Shown in pieces: positions 1-10,075 of a stretch of DNA of 56,138 nt. Positions within the stretch are counted from its first letter, which is position 1. Every line of letters starts with the position of its first letter. Below the pieces are notes generated by a model. It was not told where the DNA came from, did no database searches, and saw only the letters and a program-made list of their open reading frames with translations. The DNA is from Archaeoglobus sp. JdFR-37. Lineage in GTDB: Archaea; Halobacteriota; Archaeoglobi; Archaeoglobales; Archaeoglobaceae. A program made the position numbers and the translations under genes. The stretch spans positions 62,001 through 118,138 of the forward strand of contig MTMY01000032.1 of the NCBI GenBank assembly GCA_002010215.1, written 5' to 3'.

Positions 1-798
1 CTGGAGCATCTCTGGGTCTGTGATGCGGATTTCTGCGTCAGTTTCAGTCTCCTTGACCTCGAGAGCAGCCTTCAGCACAGCAATCTTGGCGTTCTTGACC
101 CTCTTGGGCATGCCTGGGTGCACAACTTCCTTGTCGATCACTATGCCGTCGATAAGCTCAGTGTCTTCAACGCCGCCGCCCTGCCTCTTTTCCAATTTGA
201 TGTTGTCCTCGTCAACAACATATTTGCCGTTCTCTAGTTCCGCCACCTTTCTGACAGCATCCACCACTATTCCAGAGAGGTGCTCGATAGCGTATTCGGC
301 ATGCTTTCCAGTAATTGCCGTTGCAGCAATCTTTCGCAGAGTTGCGTCATCGTTAAGGTCAACATCAATGGCTATGTTCTCCAGCACCTCTATTGCCTTT
401 TCAGCAGCAAGCCTGTAACCTCTGCAGATTATGCTCGGGTGAATGTCCTGCTCTAGCAAGTCCTCGGCTTTCTTGAGGAGTTCTCCAGCCAGAACGACTG
501 CAGTAGTTGTACCATCTCCAACCTCATCCTCTTGGGTCTTTGCCACTTCTATGATCATCTTTGCAGCCGGATGCTCCACATCCATTTCCTTGAGTATTGT
601 AACACCATCATTTGTTATTACCACATCACCCAAGCTGTCCACCAGCATCTTGTCCATGCCTTTGGGGCCAAGTGTAGTTCTCACAGCCTCAGCGATGACG
701 CGAGCGGCCATTATGTTCAAGCGCTGCGCATCCCTGCCAACCGTCCTCTGAGTCCCTTCCTTCAGTATCAAAACCGGAGTTCCTTGCAGTGTCGCCAC
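1..798 (-). CDS. ths: Thermosome (group II chaperonin) subunit, 5' part; runs off the window start
   Basis: Manual translation from GTG at 798: [18 protein letters not shown]...[13 protein letters not shown]...[20 protein letters not shown]...[18 protein letters not shown] at 804-810. Alpha vs beta subunit not resolved. Confidence 0.97.
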   Translation of the reverse strand, partial: MATLQGTPVLILKEGTQRTVGRDAQRLNIMAARVIAEAVRTTLGPKGMDKMLVDSLGDVVITNDGVTILKEMDVEHPAAKMIIEVAKTQEDEVGDGTTTAVVLAGELLKKAEDLLEQDIHPSIICRGYRLAAEKAIEVLENIAIDVDLNDDATLRKIAATAITGKHAEYAIEHLSGIVVDAVRKVAELENGKYVVDEDNIKLEKRQGGGVEDTELIDGIVIDKEVVHPGMPKRVKNAKIAVLKAALEVKETETDAEIRITDPEMLQ

Positions 799-844
799 TC
801 TTCTCACCTCCTGTCAGAGGCTGGTAAAAAGTGGAACAGAATTT

Positions 845-1795
845 CTATATATATCTTTCGGTCAGTTTCTTCTCATCCAAAAGATTCAGAAAATCTTTTG
901 CAGAACTCACACATTCCAGTTCTTCCTTCATCACAAAAATAACAGAACCAACTTCTTTGTTTACCATTTTCTCAACTATATATGCTGCTTTTGCAGCAAC
1001 CGTTTCAGAGATTCTACCAAGTATCTCGGCCCTCTTTTCGATTGTCTTGACCTGTTTTACACCTGTCAGGATGGATTCATCATCTGTTTTGGCCACTGCA
1101 TCGAAGGGTGCATGCTTGATGGGATATACCTTAACACCTATGCACCTCAGCTGTTCAACTATTTCCGCTTCTTTACCCTGAAGCTCCACTTCTTTGATTT
1201 CCTCTGTCTCAACATCTTCACCCACAAAATTCAGGACATCTATCTCCTTCATCACGTATGTACCCAGTATTTCCTCCAGTTTGAGGGCATTCTCAACGCT
1301 CGTGTCCACACCCTCCTCATACTTCTTTGCAGCTCTTCGCGAGATTCCGAGATGCCTAGCAATATCACCTACAGAGATTCCCAGCCTCTCTCTGGCTGAT
1401 CTTATTCTCTCACTGTCCAGTCTCACGTAATATCCACCAGGAGCTGAGTAAACGAGGGGTGCAACCTCTTCAACAACAAAATCATAGAAAGTGGCAGTAT
1501 TAATTACGGGTAAGCCATATCTGGTGTAAACTACACCCCTCTCTAAGTAATCAAATTTGAATTTCTCGCCCACAACAACAGGGCTCGCTTTCAGGAGTTT
1601 GGCGATTATTTTCATCTCTTCAGCCATTTCCGGCTTGAAGGAGTCGATATTGTATAGAACCTTTACAAGAAGAATTACAGATTCCTTTTTAGCAACTATA
1701 TCGAAACATCTCGGCCTAGTTTCAACTAAATCAGTTACAGCATAACCCGCTTTACGCAGAATCTTAAGTACAGAAGCTGCAATTACTTCCTGCAT
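845..1795 (-). CDS. Archaeal transcriptional regulator with central Cro/C1-type HTH (COG1395-like)
   Basis: CFDIVAK/FDAVAK repeated domains flanking RSARERLGISVGDIARHLGISRRAAKKYEEG HTH; YSAPGGYYV motif. Confidence 0.85.
   Translation of the reverse strand: MQEVIAASVLKILRKAGYAVTDLVETRPRCFDIVAKKESVILLVKVLYNIDSFKPEMAEEMKIIAKLLKASPVVVGEKFKFDYLERGVVYTRYGLPVINTATFYDFVVEEVAPLVYSAPGGYYVRLDSERIRSARERLGISVGDIARHLGISRRAAKKYEEGVDTSVENALKLEEILGTYVMKEIDVLNFVGEDVETEEIKEVELQGKEAEIVEQLRCIGVKVYPIKHAPFDAVAKTDDESILTGVKQVKTIEKRAEILGRISETVAAKAAYIVEKMVNKEVGSVIFVMKEELECVSSAKDFLNLLDEKKLTERYI
846..861 (-). promoter_or_regulatory. BRE-TATA promoter of the thermosome gene
   Basis: Minus strand reads CCGAAAGATATATATA about 50 nt upstream of the start, inside the last codons of the upstream gene. 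Confidence 0.6.
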
Positions 1796-2155
1796 CCTAT
1801 TAGAAAAGGGTATGCCTTACTATATAATACTTTTGAACCCGTGTAATCGTCTATCTTTTTGAGATTATTTCTCAACCTTAGGTATTACCGGTCAATACTG
1901 CCCCAACATTATATTTGATTGGTCCCATGAGCAGGTGACTTTAAAGCATTTTAGGTTCCTGTTGTCGTTTCTAATTTTAAGCCTTCTCGCCCTGTCCTCC
2001 ACCCATCCTCCTTCCAATTCTCCCTAAAAACTGTCATAGAACTCTGAGCACATGGCAGTTTGATCGTTAGGAAGTTTGATTTTGCAATAACCGGAGTGGT
2101 GAGTAACGAAATTTACGCAGCAAATAACTCAGGAAATTAAAAAATGAGTGAAAAA

Positions 2156-2860
2156 TCAAATTCCGATACAGAGTTGTTCGAACTTCTCGTGGTCTAGAAG
2201 CTCTTCTGCCTTTCCTTCGAAGGCAACTCTTCCACTGATGAGTAAATATGCGTTATCACTTATCTCAAGGGCCTTTTTGACGTTCTGTTCCACCAGAAGT
2301 ATCGTGAGGCCGAGTCTGTCCTTAAGCTCAAGTATTTTGTCAAAGATTGTGTTGGCGAACTTTGGAGAAAGCATAGCTGTTGGTTCATCAAGCATCAAGA
2401 GCTCGGCTCTCCTTATGAGAGCCGTAGCAATAGCAAGGAACTGTCTCTCCCCTCCGCTGAGAGTTCCTGCCTTCTGATTCATTCTGTACTCAAGTTCAGG
2501 GAAAACATCCAGCGCCAAATCTTTCCTATCCTTATATTCACCGTTATCCAGTGTGTAGCCAGCAATCTTCAGATTTTCCTCCACTGTAAGGTTCGTGAAA
2601 ACGTTATCCACCTGCGGCAGATAGGCAATCCCCATCTTCGTCCTTTCGTGAGGTGGCGTTAGTGTAACATCCTTATCGTTGTAGATCACTCTCCCCGAGT
2701 GGATGGTAGTAAGGCCGAAGATTGATTTCAGGAAAGTGCTCTTTCCGCTGCCGTTAGGGCCAACTACCGTCGTGATCTTCTTTCTTTCCACATTTGCATT
2801 TATCTCGAAGAGAATATGTAGCTCCTTATATCCCGCCGATAACTTCTCAGCCCTGAGCAC
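2156..2860 (-). CDS. livF: Branched-chain amino acid ABC transporter ATP-binding protein (LivF-like)
   Basis: GPNGSGKST Walker A, LSGGE signature, LMLDEP, LLVEQN; likely GTG start at 2860 after GAGGTG. Confidence 0.92.
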   Translation of the reverse strand: MLRAEKLSAGYKELHILFEINANVERKKITTVVGPNGSGKSTFLKSIFGLTTIHSGRVIYNDKDVTLTPPHERTKMGIAYLPQVDNVFTNLTVEENLKIAGYTLDNGEYKDRKDLALDVFPELEYRMNQKAGTLSGGERQFLAIATALIRRAELLMLDEPTAMLSPKFANTIFDKILELKDRLGLTILLVEQNVKKALEISDNAYLLISGRVAFEGKAEELLDHEKFEQLCIGI

Positions 2861-3680
2861 CAAGATACACCTCAATAACCTCTGGATTATTAAGAATTTC
2901 TCTTCCTTTACCTTCAGCCACGATCCTGCCGTTGGCCATCACATACACTCTGTCAACGTAATCAAGGATTATATCAAGCCTGTGCTCCACTATCATGAAC
3001 GAAATGCCTTCTTTTGCCAAATCCTTCAGCTTCCGCAGTATACTGTGAGCAAGTGCGGGAGCGACTCCAGCGATGGGTTCATCCATGATAATAAGCTTTG
3101 CATCACACATCAGTGCTCTGCCTACTTCAAGCAACCTGAGCTGCCCGCCACTGAGATTCATTGCCCAGTCGCTCCAGAGGTGGTCAATACCCAAAAAATT
3201 GAGAATATTGAAAGCTTTGTCCACCAAGTCCTCCTCTCTTTTCAGCCATTTTCCGGTGAGAGCTTCGCTAACCCTTTCCCCATATCCGGCATCGGCTATC
3301 AGCAGGTTCTCCAGCACCGTAAGCTTTTTCAGCGGGTGAGGTGTCTGGAAGGTTCTGACAATTCCCAGTTTGAATCTGTCATGTGGTGCTTTATTGGTAA
3401 TATCCCTGCCTTCAAAGATTATTCTGCCAGCATCAGCCTTCAGGAACCCTGTTACCACGTTTATCAACGTCGTCTTGCCACTTCCATTAGGGCCAATTAT
3501 TAGCGTTATGCCACCCTTAGGTACCTCCACGCTAACCCTGTCTAGGGCTCTCAGCCCGCCGAAGTTCTTGGTGGCTTCTTCCGTTACAAGTGCGTTGACT
3601 CCAGCGTTAGGTCCACTTGATTGAGTTGGTTTCGAAGCTCCATACTCCAGCTTCAGTCCAAGCTCCCTCCTTGACGGCAT
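2847..3680 (-). CDS. livG: Branched-chain amino acid ABC transporter ATP-binding protein (LivG-like); start uncertain
   Basis: [42 protein letters not shown]. Confidence 0.92.
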   Translation of the reverse strand: MPSRRELGLKLEYGASKPTQSSGPNAGVNALVTEEATKNFGGLRALDRVSVEVPKGGITLIIGPNGSGKTTLINVVTGFLKADAGRIIFEGRDITNKAPHDRFKLGIVRTFQTPHPLKKLTVLENLLIADAGYGERVSEALTGKWLKREEDLVDKAFNILNFLGIDHLWSDWAMNLSGGQLRLLEVGRALMCDAKLIIMDEPIAGVAPALAHSILRKLKDLAKEGISFMIVEHRLDIILDYVDRVYVMANGRIVAEGKGREILNNPEVIEVYLGAQG

Positions 3681-4929
3681 AGATTCTGTATTCAGACCCT
3701 ACTCTGTCATTGTATTCATCGAACTTGACGGGTCCACTGACAGGTTCAACACCATAAGCGCCCTTACTGTACTTCTCTGCCACCGCTGGGATTACCTTTG
3801 CCATTTCGTCAGCATCGTACTTTCCAAGTTTGTCGTAAACTTCAGCAAACGCCATGGCAAAGACCCAGGCAGCATCGTAAGCGTTCAGACCGTAGCTCTT
3901 GGGTTCTTTACCGCCAGTTCTCTCAGCATAGACCTTCTTGAGGTCCTCAAAGGCTGCTCCGCCTCTTGTCTCTGAGACGGTGCTGTAAAGTCCAACTTTG
4001 CTGGCTTTATCAGCCACATCCTCTATGACCTTGTTGCTCTTCGCCGTACCATCACAACCAATCCATTTGACAGTCAGCAGAACTGAGTCATCCTTCACTT
4101 GGGCAAGCATCGTCGCTACTTCCTCATAGCTGAATGTCACCACAGCAACCTCTTCAGGCTTGTAAGTCTTGAGCAGGTCGTTTACTGCATCTTCTATTGT
4201 AGCTATGTATGGTGTGAAGTCTGCCGGTGGTGGGTCCGGATACTCAACAGAGGATTTTACTTCGATGCCGAGCTTCTCGAATTCAGCTCTACCATACTCG
4301 TCCAGCCCTTTACCCCATGCGTTACCGATGTAGGTTATAACCACAGCTTTCACACCGAGTTCTTCAGCCAGTTTGGCAATAGCCTTGGTCTGGAAAGCGT
4401 CGGTTGCGACGAACCTAAACACATACTTCTTCTCTTCAGGAGATGTAACTCCTATATACTTGGGAGCTGCCGTTGACGATGGAGAACCGAGGATTATCTT
4501 GTTTGACCTCACATATTCAATGACGTTCTTTACTTCCCCACTACCCATGGGACCGACTATGAGCTTGACACCTTTGCTATGTAGAGTCATGACCTTGTCC
4601 AGAGCTATTTTCGGATCAACTCTCGTGTCCTCAACGTACAGTTTTACCTTATAGGGCTTACCATTCTTCTCAAAATACGCATTAATCCTCTCACTGGCGA
4701 TTGTTACAGTAGTTTTGATGTCCTCACCGTAGGTCGTCAAGGGTCCAGAAAGGTCCACCAATACACCCAACGGAATCTCTACCTCTGCCGGTTTTGTCGG
4801 GGTGGGTTTAGGCGTCTCTGCTGGAGTTGGTGTTGGTTTCTCTACTGGCTTCTCCTGCTGGGCACAGCCAGCAAGGAGAATAGCTGCCAGAAACACTACA
4901 GCAAATATCTTCAGCCATCGCATGCTCAT
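3607..4929 (-). CDS. livK: ABC transporter substrate-binding lipoprotein (LivK-like)
   Basis: Lipobox LLAGC, Pro/Thr linker, GVLVDLSG, YVFR, AYDAAW motifs of PBP1 branched-chain binding proteins; start may be ATG 4923. Confidence 0.9.
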   Translation of the reverse strand: MSMRWLKIFAVVFLAAILLAGCAQQEKPVEKPTPTPAETPKPTPTKPAEVEIPLGVLVDLSGPLTTYGEDIKTTVTIASERINAYFEKNGKPYKVKLYVEDTRVDPKIALDKVMTLHSKGVKLIVGPMGSGEVKNVIEYVRSNKIILGSPSSTAAPKYIGVTSPEEKKYVFRFVATDAFQTKAIAKLAEELGVKAVVITYIGNAWGKGLDEYGRAEFEKLGIEVKSSVEYPDPPPADFTPYIATIEDAVNDLLKTYKPEEVAVVTFSYEEVATMLAQVKDDSVLLTVKWIGCDGTAKSNKVIEDVADKASKVGLYSTVSETRGGAAFEDLKKVYAERTGGKEPKSYGLNAYDAAWVFAMAFAEVYDKLGKYDADEMAKVIPAVAEKYSKGAYGVEPVSGPVKFDEYNDRVGSEYRIYAVKEGAWTEAGVWSFETNSIKWT

Positions 4930-4944
4930 GAAAATACATTAAAA

Positions 4945-4952
4945 TTTATAAA
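4945..4952. promoter_or_regulatory. Palindromic TATA box (TTTATAAA) between the divergent livK and livH genes
   Basis: Centre lies about 26 nt from both ATG 4923 (-) and ATG 4975 (+). Confidence 0.55.
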
Positions 4953-4974
4953 CTTTAGGGTTATCGCCGCAACC

Positions 4975-5898
4975 ATGGCCGTTATCGAGGGAGCACTTGT
5001 GTACTCAAATCTCTTAGCACTACTCAGTATAGGACTGACTATAACCTACATAACAACGGGTGTGCCAAACTTTGCCCAAGGCACAATGGCAGTATTTGGA
5101 TCATACGTTTCGCTGACGTTATGGCTCCTCTTTGGAGTTCACCCTTATCACACTATCCCCGTCTCATTCATTCTAGGAGGAATTTTAGGCATTGCAATCT
5201 ACACTGTCGTTCTGAGACCCATGATCCAGAAGGAAGCGATGATAGTCATTTTGATGATCGCAACCTTAGCAGTAGACCTCATTCTCTTGGGAGCTCTTGG
5301 AGCGTACTCTGAAACTCTTGGAGTCATCTCTGGGAAAGGTACAAGAAAATTCATATTTACTCCAATGGACTTCAAAATACTTGGCGCGGATGCAATACTT
5401 GTAATTTCGAGCCTTGCCATCCTGATGCTCCTCTTTACCCTCTTTCTACTTCTCTATAAAACCAAATTCGGCATTGCTTTGCGCGCGTCCATGGAAAATC
5501 CGGCTCTTGCTGAGATCATGGGTGTAAATGTGGAGTATACTCGCATTTTCTCCTGGTTTCTTTCAGGCTCCCTCGCTGCCGTTGCTGGCACCCTTTTACC
5601 CTTCAGGCAGGAAATCGTCCCTGCTACCGGGGCTATAATAATCGTTTCTATATTTGCTGCAAGCATAGTTGGCGGGCTAAGTAGCATTTACGGAGCACTG
5701 GCAGGAGGATATATTATAGGCATGTCGGAGTCAATGGTGACGTTTTATCTATCCAAGGTAATTGGGCCGTATATACTGGTTTACAGCAAGGTTATCTCAC
5801 TTATAGTGTTGATAATTGCTCTGATTGTGGCTCCGAGCGGTATTGCAGGATTGGAGATATGGAGGAAGAGAGTATGGCGCAAGAGTTCTTCATCCTAG
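4975..5898 (+). CDS. livH: Branched-chain amino acid ABC transporter permease (LivH-like)
   Basis: GLTITYITTGVPNFAQG, TKFGIALRA, IVGGLSSIYGA; hydrophobic. Confidence 0.92.
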   Translation: MAVIEGALVYSNLLALLSIGLTITYITTGVPNFAQGTMAVFGSYVSLTLWLLFGVHPYHTIPVSFILGGILGIAIYTVVLRPMIQKEAMIVILMIATLAVDLILLGALGAYSETLGVISGKGTRKFIFTPMDFKILGADAILVISSLAILMLLFTLFLLLYKTKFGIALRASMENPALAEIMGVNVEYTRIFSWFLSGSLAAVAGTLLPFRQEIVPATGAIIIVSIFAASIVGGLSSIYGALAGGYIIGMSESMVTFYLSKVIGPYILVYSKVISLIVLIIALIVAPSGIAGLEIWRKRVWRKSSSS

Positions 5899-6920
5899 AT
5901 GTACTTCTCTGGACTTCACTGTATCTTATAGTGACACTCAGCCTGAATATCGAGTACGGTTATGCAGGGATACCTAACTTCGGAAGAGCTTTAGCTGTTT
6001 TAATGGGAGCAATAGCTGCTGGAGGCATAGTAAACCGAATCCTGATAGCAATTTTCGGAGTAGAAGGAAACATAATCGAGGCCAGTGGAGGTCTTAAAAG
6101 CGTAGTGAACCCGATGATAGCTCAGAACCCTCTTTTCGGATTGGCGATTCTTGCCCTATCGCTGGTTATTGCCGCACTGATTGGAGCAATTACTGGAGCG
6201 CTCTTCATACTCCCCAGCGCTAAGCTGAAGCAGGACTATCTTGCGATAACACTCCTCGCCATAAGCGAAGTGATTTTCATGGTTTCCAATTACAACACTG
6301 CCATAATCGGAGGCTACTACGGAGTGAGTGTCCCCGATATACTTGCATGGCTTCCAGGAGAGCAGAGGTTTCTGGCTTTCACAGTGATATCCCTTTTCGT
6401 AGCCATTCTGGTTTACTTTTTTGTCGAGAGGCTTCTCACATCTCCATACGGCAGATTGCTGAAGGCTATGAGGGAGAATGAAGATGTTGTGGAAGCTTTT
6501 GGCAAGAATATCATGACCATCAGAATAAAGACAGTCGCTATTGGATCGGCTGTTGCAGCCACTGCAGGAGCCCTTTACTCTTTCTATAGCGTCAATGTCA
6601 TTGCCACAACATTCAACAGAGTTGAGTGGACTTTCTTCCCCTTCCTTATGCTTTTGCTTGGAGGGATGGGTAACAATAGAGGTGTCGTTCTTGGAGTTTT
6701 CTCCTTCGTTCTGGCAAAACTCTTTCTGACAGTCTATAAATTTGAGATAAAAACGCTGCTTCACCTTCCCTTCGAGGCAACATGGCTGGAATATATACTG
6801 TTCGGGATAGCAATGCTTCTGATCCTATACTACAGGCCTGAAGGCATCCTGAGAGAGAAACCAGTAATGACTCCACCGGTAAAGCAAGCTTTGAGAGAAA
6901 GAGAGAAACCCCAGTCCTAA
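5874..6920 (+). CDS. livM: Branched-chain amino acid ABC transporter permease (LivM-like)
   Basis: SLNIEYGYAGIPNFG, DYLAITLLA, SPYGRLLKAMRENE, RPEGI; GGAGG upstream of ATG 5874. Confidence 0.92.
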   Translation: MAQEFFILDVLLWTSLYLIVTLSLNIEYGYAGIPNFGRALAVLMGAIAAGGIVNRILIAIFGVEGNIIEASGGLKSVVNPMIAQNPLFGLAILALSLVIAALIGAITGALFILPSAKLKQDYLAITLLAISEVIFMVSNYNTAIIGGYYGVSVPDILAWLPGEQRFLAFTVISLFVAILVYFFVERLLTSPYGRLLKAMRENEDVVEAFGKNIMTIRIKTVAIGSAVAATAGALYSFYSVNVIATTFNRVEWTFFPFLMLLLGGMGNNRGVVLGVFSFVLAKLFLTVYKFEIKTLLHLPFEATWLEYILFGIAMLLILYYRPEGILREKPVMTPPVKQALREREKPQS

Positions 6921-6926
6921 GACCCC

Positions 6927-7364
6927 CTAAGACCCCTGAACCTGAAGCATCATGCGGTATGCGTGTTTCCCTATTCCATAATAGTGTTTTATTATTTCTG
7001 CAATCCTGAATCCAACCCTTCTGTAAATTTCCACTGCAATGCTGTTTGCAGTGTTGACCTCCAGCATGATTGAATCGTAACCGAGCTGAGAAGCCATCTC
7101 TGCAGCCTTCCTTATAAGCGATTTACCAATTCCCTTGCCCCTCCATTCTTCCTTAACAGCAACGCTTCCGAGGCAGAATATCTCGTCGTTCCAGTACAGA
7201 ACCGCTACACCAACTATTTCGTCATTATTTACAGCAACTAGAACCTTCTTTTTGTAATCGGTCATTGAAAGCTGGGCGAAGGCGCTGTATCCGAGGATGT
7301 CGTATTCAAGGTGGATAACATCCTCCACCTCTTCGTCGGACATCTCCCGAATTTCAAACTCCAC
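6927..7364 (-). CDS. rimI: GNAT family N-acetyltransferase (RimI/Ard1-like)
   Basis: VAVKEEWRGKGIG acetyl-CoA motif, LEVNTANSIAVEIYRRVGF, HYY. Confidence 0.85.
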   Translation of the reverse strand: MEFEIREMSDEEVEDVIHLEYDILGYSAFAQLSMTDYKKKVLVAVNNDEIVGVAVLYWNDEIFCLGSVAVKEEWRGKGIGKSLIRKAAEMASQLGYDSIMLEVNTANSIAVEIYRRVGFRIAEIIKHYYGIGKHAYRMMLQVQGS

Positions 7365-7452
7365 TTCTCCAGCTTATCAAGGCAATATAAAAAATTTTTG
7401 CCGCAATAATCCTTCAATAATCCTTTTATTCAATGTCGAAGAGGCAGGAGAG

Positions 7453-9777
7453 ATGACAGTGAAGGCACTGCTGGAAGAAGTGCAGAGAGCTTGCAGGAAT
7501 GCTGTTGAAAACCGGCACAGATATGCAGTTTTCCTCTGCTCATCTCAGTTAGATGACAGGCTGGTAAAGCTGGCCAAAAAAGTATATGCTGCTTATCTTC
7601 AGGAGAGAGATGGAGGAGAGAAGAAAGGCGATGAGAATGGCCTTTTAATCGTTGGAAGGAGTGCTTTCCTTGAGATTGCTAGGGATAAATTTGAAGGCAA
7701 GTTCATACACTTCAAAGAATCTCCGAAAGTTCTTGGGGAAACCTATTCATCCCTTATTCTCGACCTCACTGAGGGTTTTCATCCCAACGATTTGGGAATA
7801 ATAGTCGAAACCATCTCAGAAGGAGGAATAATAATCATCCTTTCTCCCTCTCTTGAAACTTGGAACAATCTCGTGGGCAGGTGGCATGAGGAGCTGATAA
7901 GTGAGCCTTACAGCATTGAAGATGTTGTGCCTCGCTTCTACAGGCGTTTCATCAGGCGAAGTCTTGAAAGCGAAGGCATAATAATTTTCGACGCAGATAG
8001 AAGGAAGATTTTGAAGAAATACGAGTTCAGCAAAAAGAGGGAGTCAAGAGAGGAGATAGAGATTCCCGCAGAGGAGAGAGAGATAAAGAAGAAACTCTAC
8101 AAGCTTTGTGCGACCCAAGATCAGGTGAGGGTTCTTCAGCTCTTCGAGACTTTCTTTGATCGGGCCAAAGAGAGGAAGGCTGTAGTCATTACAGCGGACA
8201 GGGGAAGAGGTAAGACGGCAGTACTGGGCATAGTAACACCATACCTTATTTCGAGAATGCAGAGAGTGCTGAAGAGGCCTGTGAGAATAATGGTTGTGGC
8301 TCCTACCCCTCAAAGCGTTCAGACCTACTTCAAATTCCTGATGAAGGGATTGGTAAGGCAGGGAATGCGGGATTTCAAGGTGAAGGAGAGCAACGGTATG
8401 GTGACAGTCGTGAACAGCAAGTTTGCCAGAGTAGAATACACTGTGCCGAGGAGAGCCCTTATTGAGAAAGACTATGCAGACATAATAATTGTTGATGAAG
8501 CTGCAAGCATCGACGTGCCGGTGCTGTGGGAGATTACTGAAGGCTCAAGATACACCATATTCTCCTCCACAATCCACGGCTACGAAGGAGCAGGCAGGGG
8601 CTTCAGCATCAGGTTCATGAAAAGGCTAGAGGCTGATGAAAGCGTTGAGATTCAGAGGATTCACATGGAGGAACCCATAAGATACGGAAGAGACGATCCA
8701 ATTGAGAGATGGCTTTATGACGTTCTGCTGCTGGATGCTCAGCCAGCAGAACTGGATGAGGAGGACATAGAGAGCATAAAGAGAGGTAAGCTTGAATTTG
8801 AGCCTATCGATAAAGACAGATTGATGGAGGATGAAAAGCTTTTAAGAGAGTTCTTCGGCATATACGTTCTTGCCCACTACAGAAACCGTCCTTCTGATCT
8901 CGTTATCCTCTCAGATATGCCTAACCACCTCCCGTTTCGGGTGAAGGTGAATGATAAAACGGTCTGCTCCCTCCACATTGCCGTTGAGGGTGGGATGGAT
9001 GACGAAGTGATTGATAAAATAGCCTCAGGCTACAAGCCAAAGGGTCAGATAATCCCTGATCTTGTGCTGAAACACTACTGGAACTATGGATTTCCTAAGC
9101 TGAAGGGCATCAGGATAGTTAGAATAGCTACGCATCCTGCAGTGATGGACATTGGGATTGGTACCTTCGCCCTGAATGGAGTTGTGGATTACGCCAGAAA
9201 TACAGATTTGGACTGGGCTGGAAGCGGTTTTGGAGTTTCGCCCGAATTGCTTCGCTTCTGGATGCGGAACGGTTTTACGCCTGTCCACATAACCCCTCAG
9301 AGGAACGAAATTTCAGGAGAACATACAGTCATAGTCCTGAAGCCTCTGAAAATGCATGTTGAGAGCATAGTGGAAGAGCTTAGCTCCGACTTCATAAGGA
9401 GGCTTGTAGAATATCTCAGCGATGAGCTTAGAGATCTTGAAACAGAAACAGCCCTACTGCTCCTGAGGAGTCTGCTGAGGGACTCAAACGTTCCCAAACC
9501 CGATTTTGGGAAGGTAGAGAGGAAGAGGATGAAAAAATACTTCGGAGGAATGAGCCTCTACGAGTACGTTTCCGATATTGCCAGACCTCTTGTAAGGTAC
9601 CACTACTCAAGGAGTGATAGGATTGAGCTTGATGAGGATGAAGAATACGTTGTTGTGGCAAAATGTCTTCAGTTAAAGCCCTGGCATGATATTAGAGCTG
9701 AAAAATCCTTCAGAACTCTTTTGAAGGTTCTTCAGAAGCTCTGGAGGCATTATTATGAGGGAGGAGAAGAGAATTAA
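7453..9777 (+). CDS. tmcA: tRNA/rRNA cytidine N4-acetyltransferase TmcA/Nat10
   Basis: ADRGRGKT Walker A, VDEAA, STIHGYEGAGRGF, AHYRNRPSDL, RIVRIATHP GNAT; ATG 7453 preceded by GGAG. Confidence 0.95.
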   Translation: MTVKALLEEVQRACRNAVENRHRYAVFLCSSQLDDRLVKLAKKVYAAYLQERDGGEKKGDENGLLIVGRSAFLEIARDKFEGKFIHFKESPKVLGETYSSLILDLTEGFHPNDLGIIVETISEGGIIIILSPSLETWNNLVGRWHEELISEPYSIEDVVPRFYRRFIRRSLESEGIIIFDADRRKILKKYEFSKKRESREEIEIPAEEREIKKKLYKLCATQDQVRVLQLFETFFDRAKERKAVVITADRGRGKTAVLGIVTPYLISRMQRVLKRPVRIMVVAPTPQSVQTYFKFLMKGLVRQGMRDFKVKESNGMVTVVNSKFARVEYTVPRRALIEKDYADIIIVDEAASIDVPVLWEITEGSRYTIFSSTIHGYEGAGRGFSIRFMKRLEADESVEIQRIHMEEPIRYGRDDPIERWLYDVLLLDAQPAELDEEDIESIKRGKLEFEPIDKDRLMEDEKLLREFFGIYVLAHYRNRPSDLVILSDMPNHLPFRVKVNDKTVCSLHIAVEGGMDDEVIDKIASGYKPKGQIIPDLVLKHYWNYGFPKLKGIRIVRIATHPAVMDIGIGTFALNGVVDYARNTDLDWAGSGFGVSPELLRFWMRNGFTPVHITPQRNEISGEHTVIVLKPLKMHVESIVEELSSDFIRRLVEYLSDELRDLETETALLLLRSLLRDSNVPKPDFGKVERKRMKKYFGGMSLYEYVSDIARPLVRYHYSRSDRIELDEDEEYVVVAKCLQLKPWHDIRAEKSFRTLLKVLQKLWRHYYEGGEEN

Positions 9778-10075
9778 CTTCGATGAGGAGTACATTGAGC
9801 CAATAAAGAGCGGTGATAAAGTCACGACAGTAAGAAGGGGGATAAAAAGCTATCCGGTAGGCAGAATAGTAGAGCTGACCGTCAACTACAAACCCTTTGC
9901 CAGAGCGAGAGTGGATAAGGTGGTCGTCAAGAGGGTTAAAGAGCTCAGTGAAGAAGATGCCAGGAGAGACGGATTTTCCAGCAGGGATGAGCTTATAAAG
10001 GCTCTGAAAAGAATATATGGAAACATAAATGAAGAGGAGTTCGTTACAGTTGTTCACTTCACGGTGGTGGAATAA
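9755..10075 (+). CDS. ASCH domain protein (YqfB-like)
   Basis: IKSGDKVTTVR (GxKxxTxR) and EEDARRDGF motifs; overlaps the tmcA 3' end. Confidence 0.9.
   Translation: MREEKRINFDEEYIEPIKSGDKVTTVRRGIKSYPVGRIVELTVNYKPFARARVDKVVVKRVKELSEEDARRDGFSSRDELIKALKRIYGNINEEEFVTVVHFTVVE

Noticed and set aside
1796..2155. Possible small gene or RNA in the 360-nt spacer
   Set aside because: Only short ORFs without motifs and no convincing structure.
7297..7452. N-terminal extension of TmcA overlapping rimI
   Set aside because: Antisense to rimI; ATG 7453 has an SD and fits the expected length.
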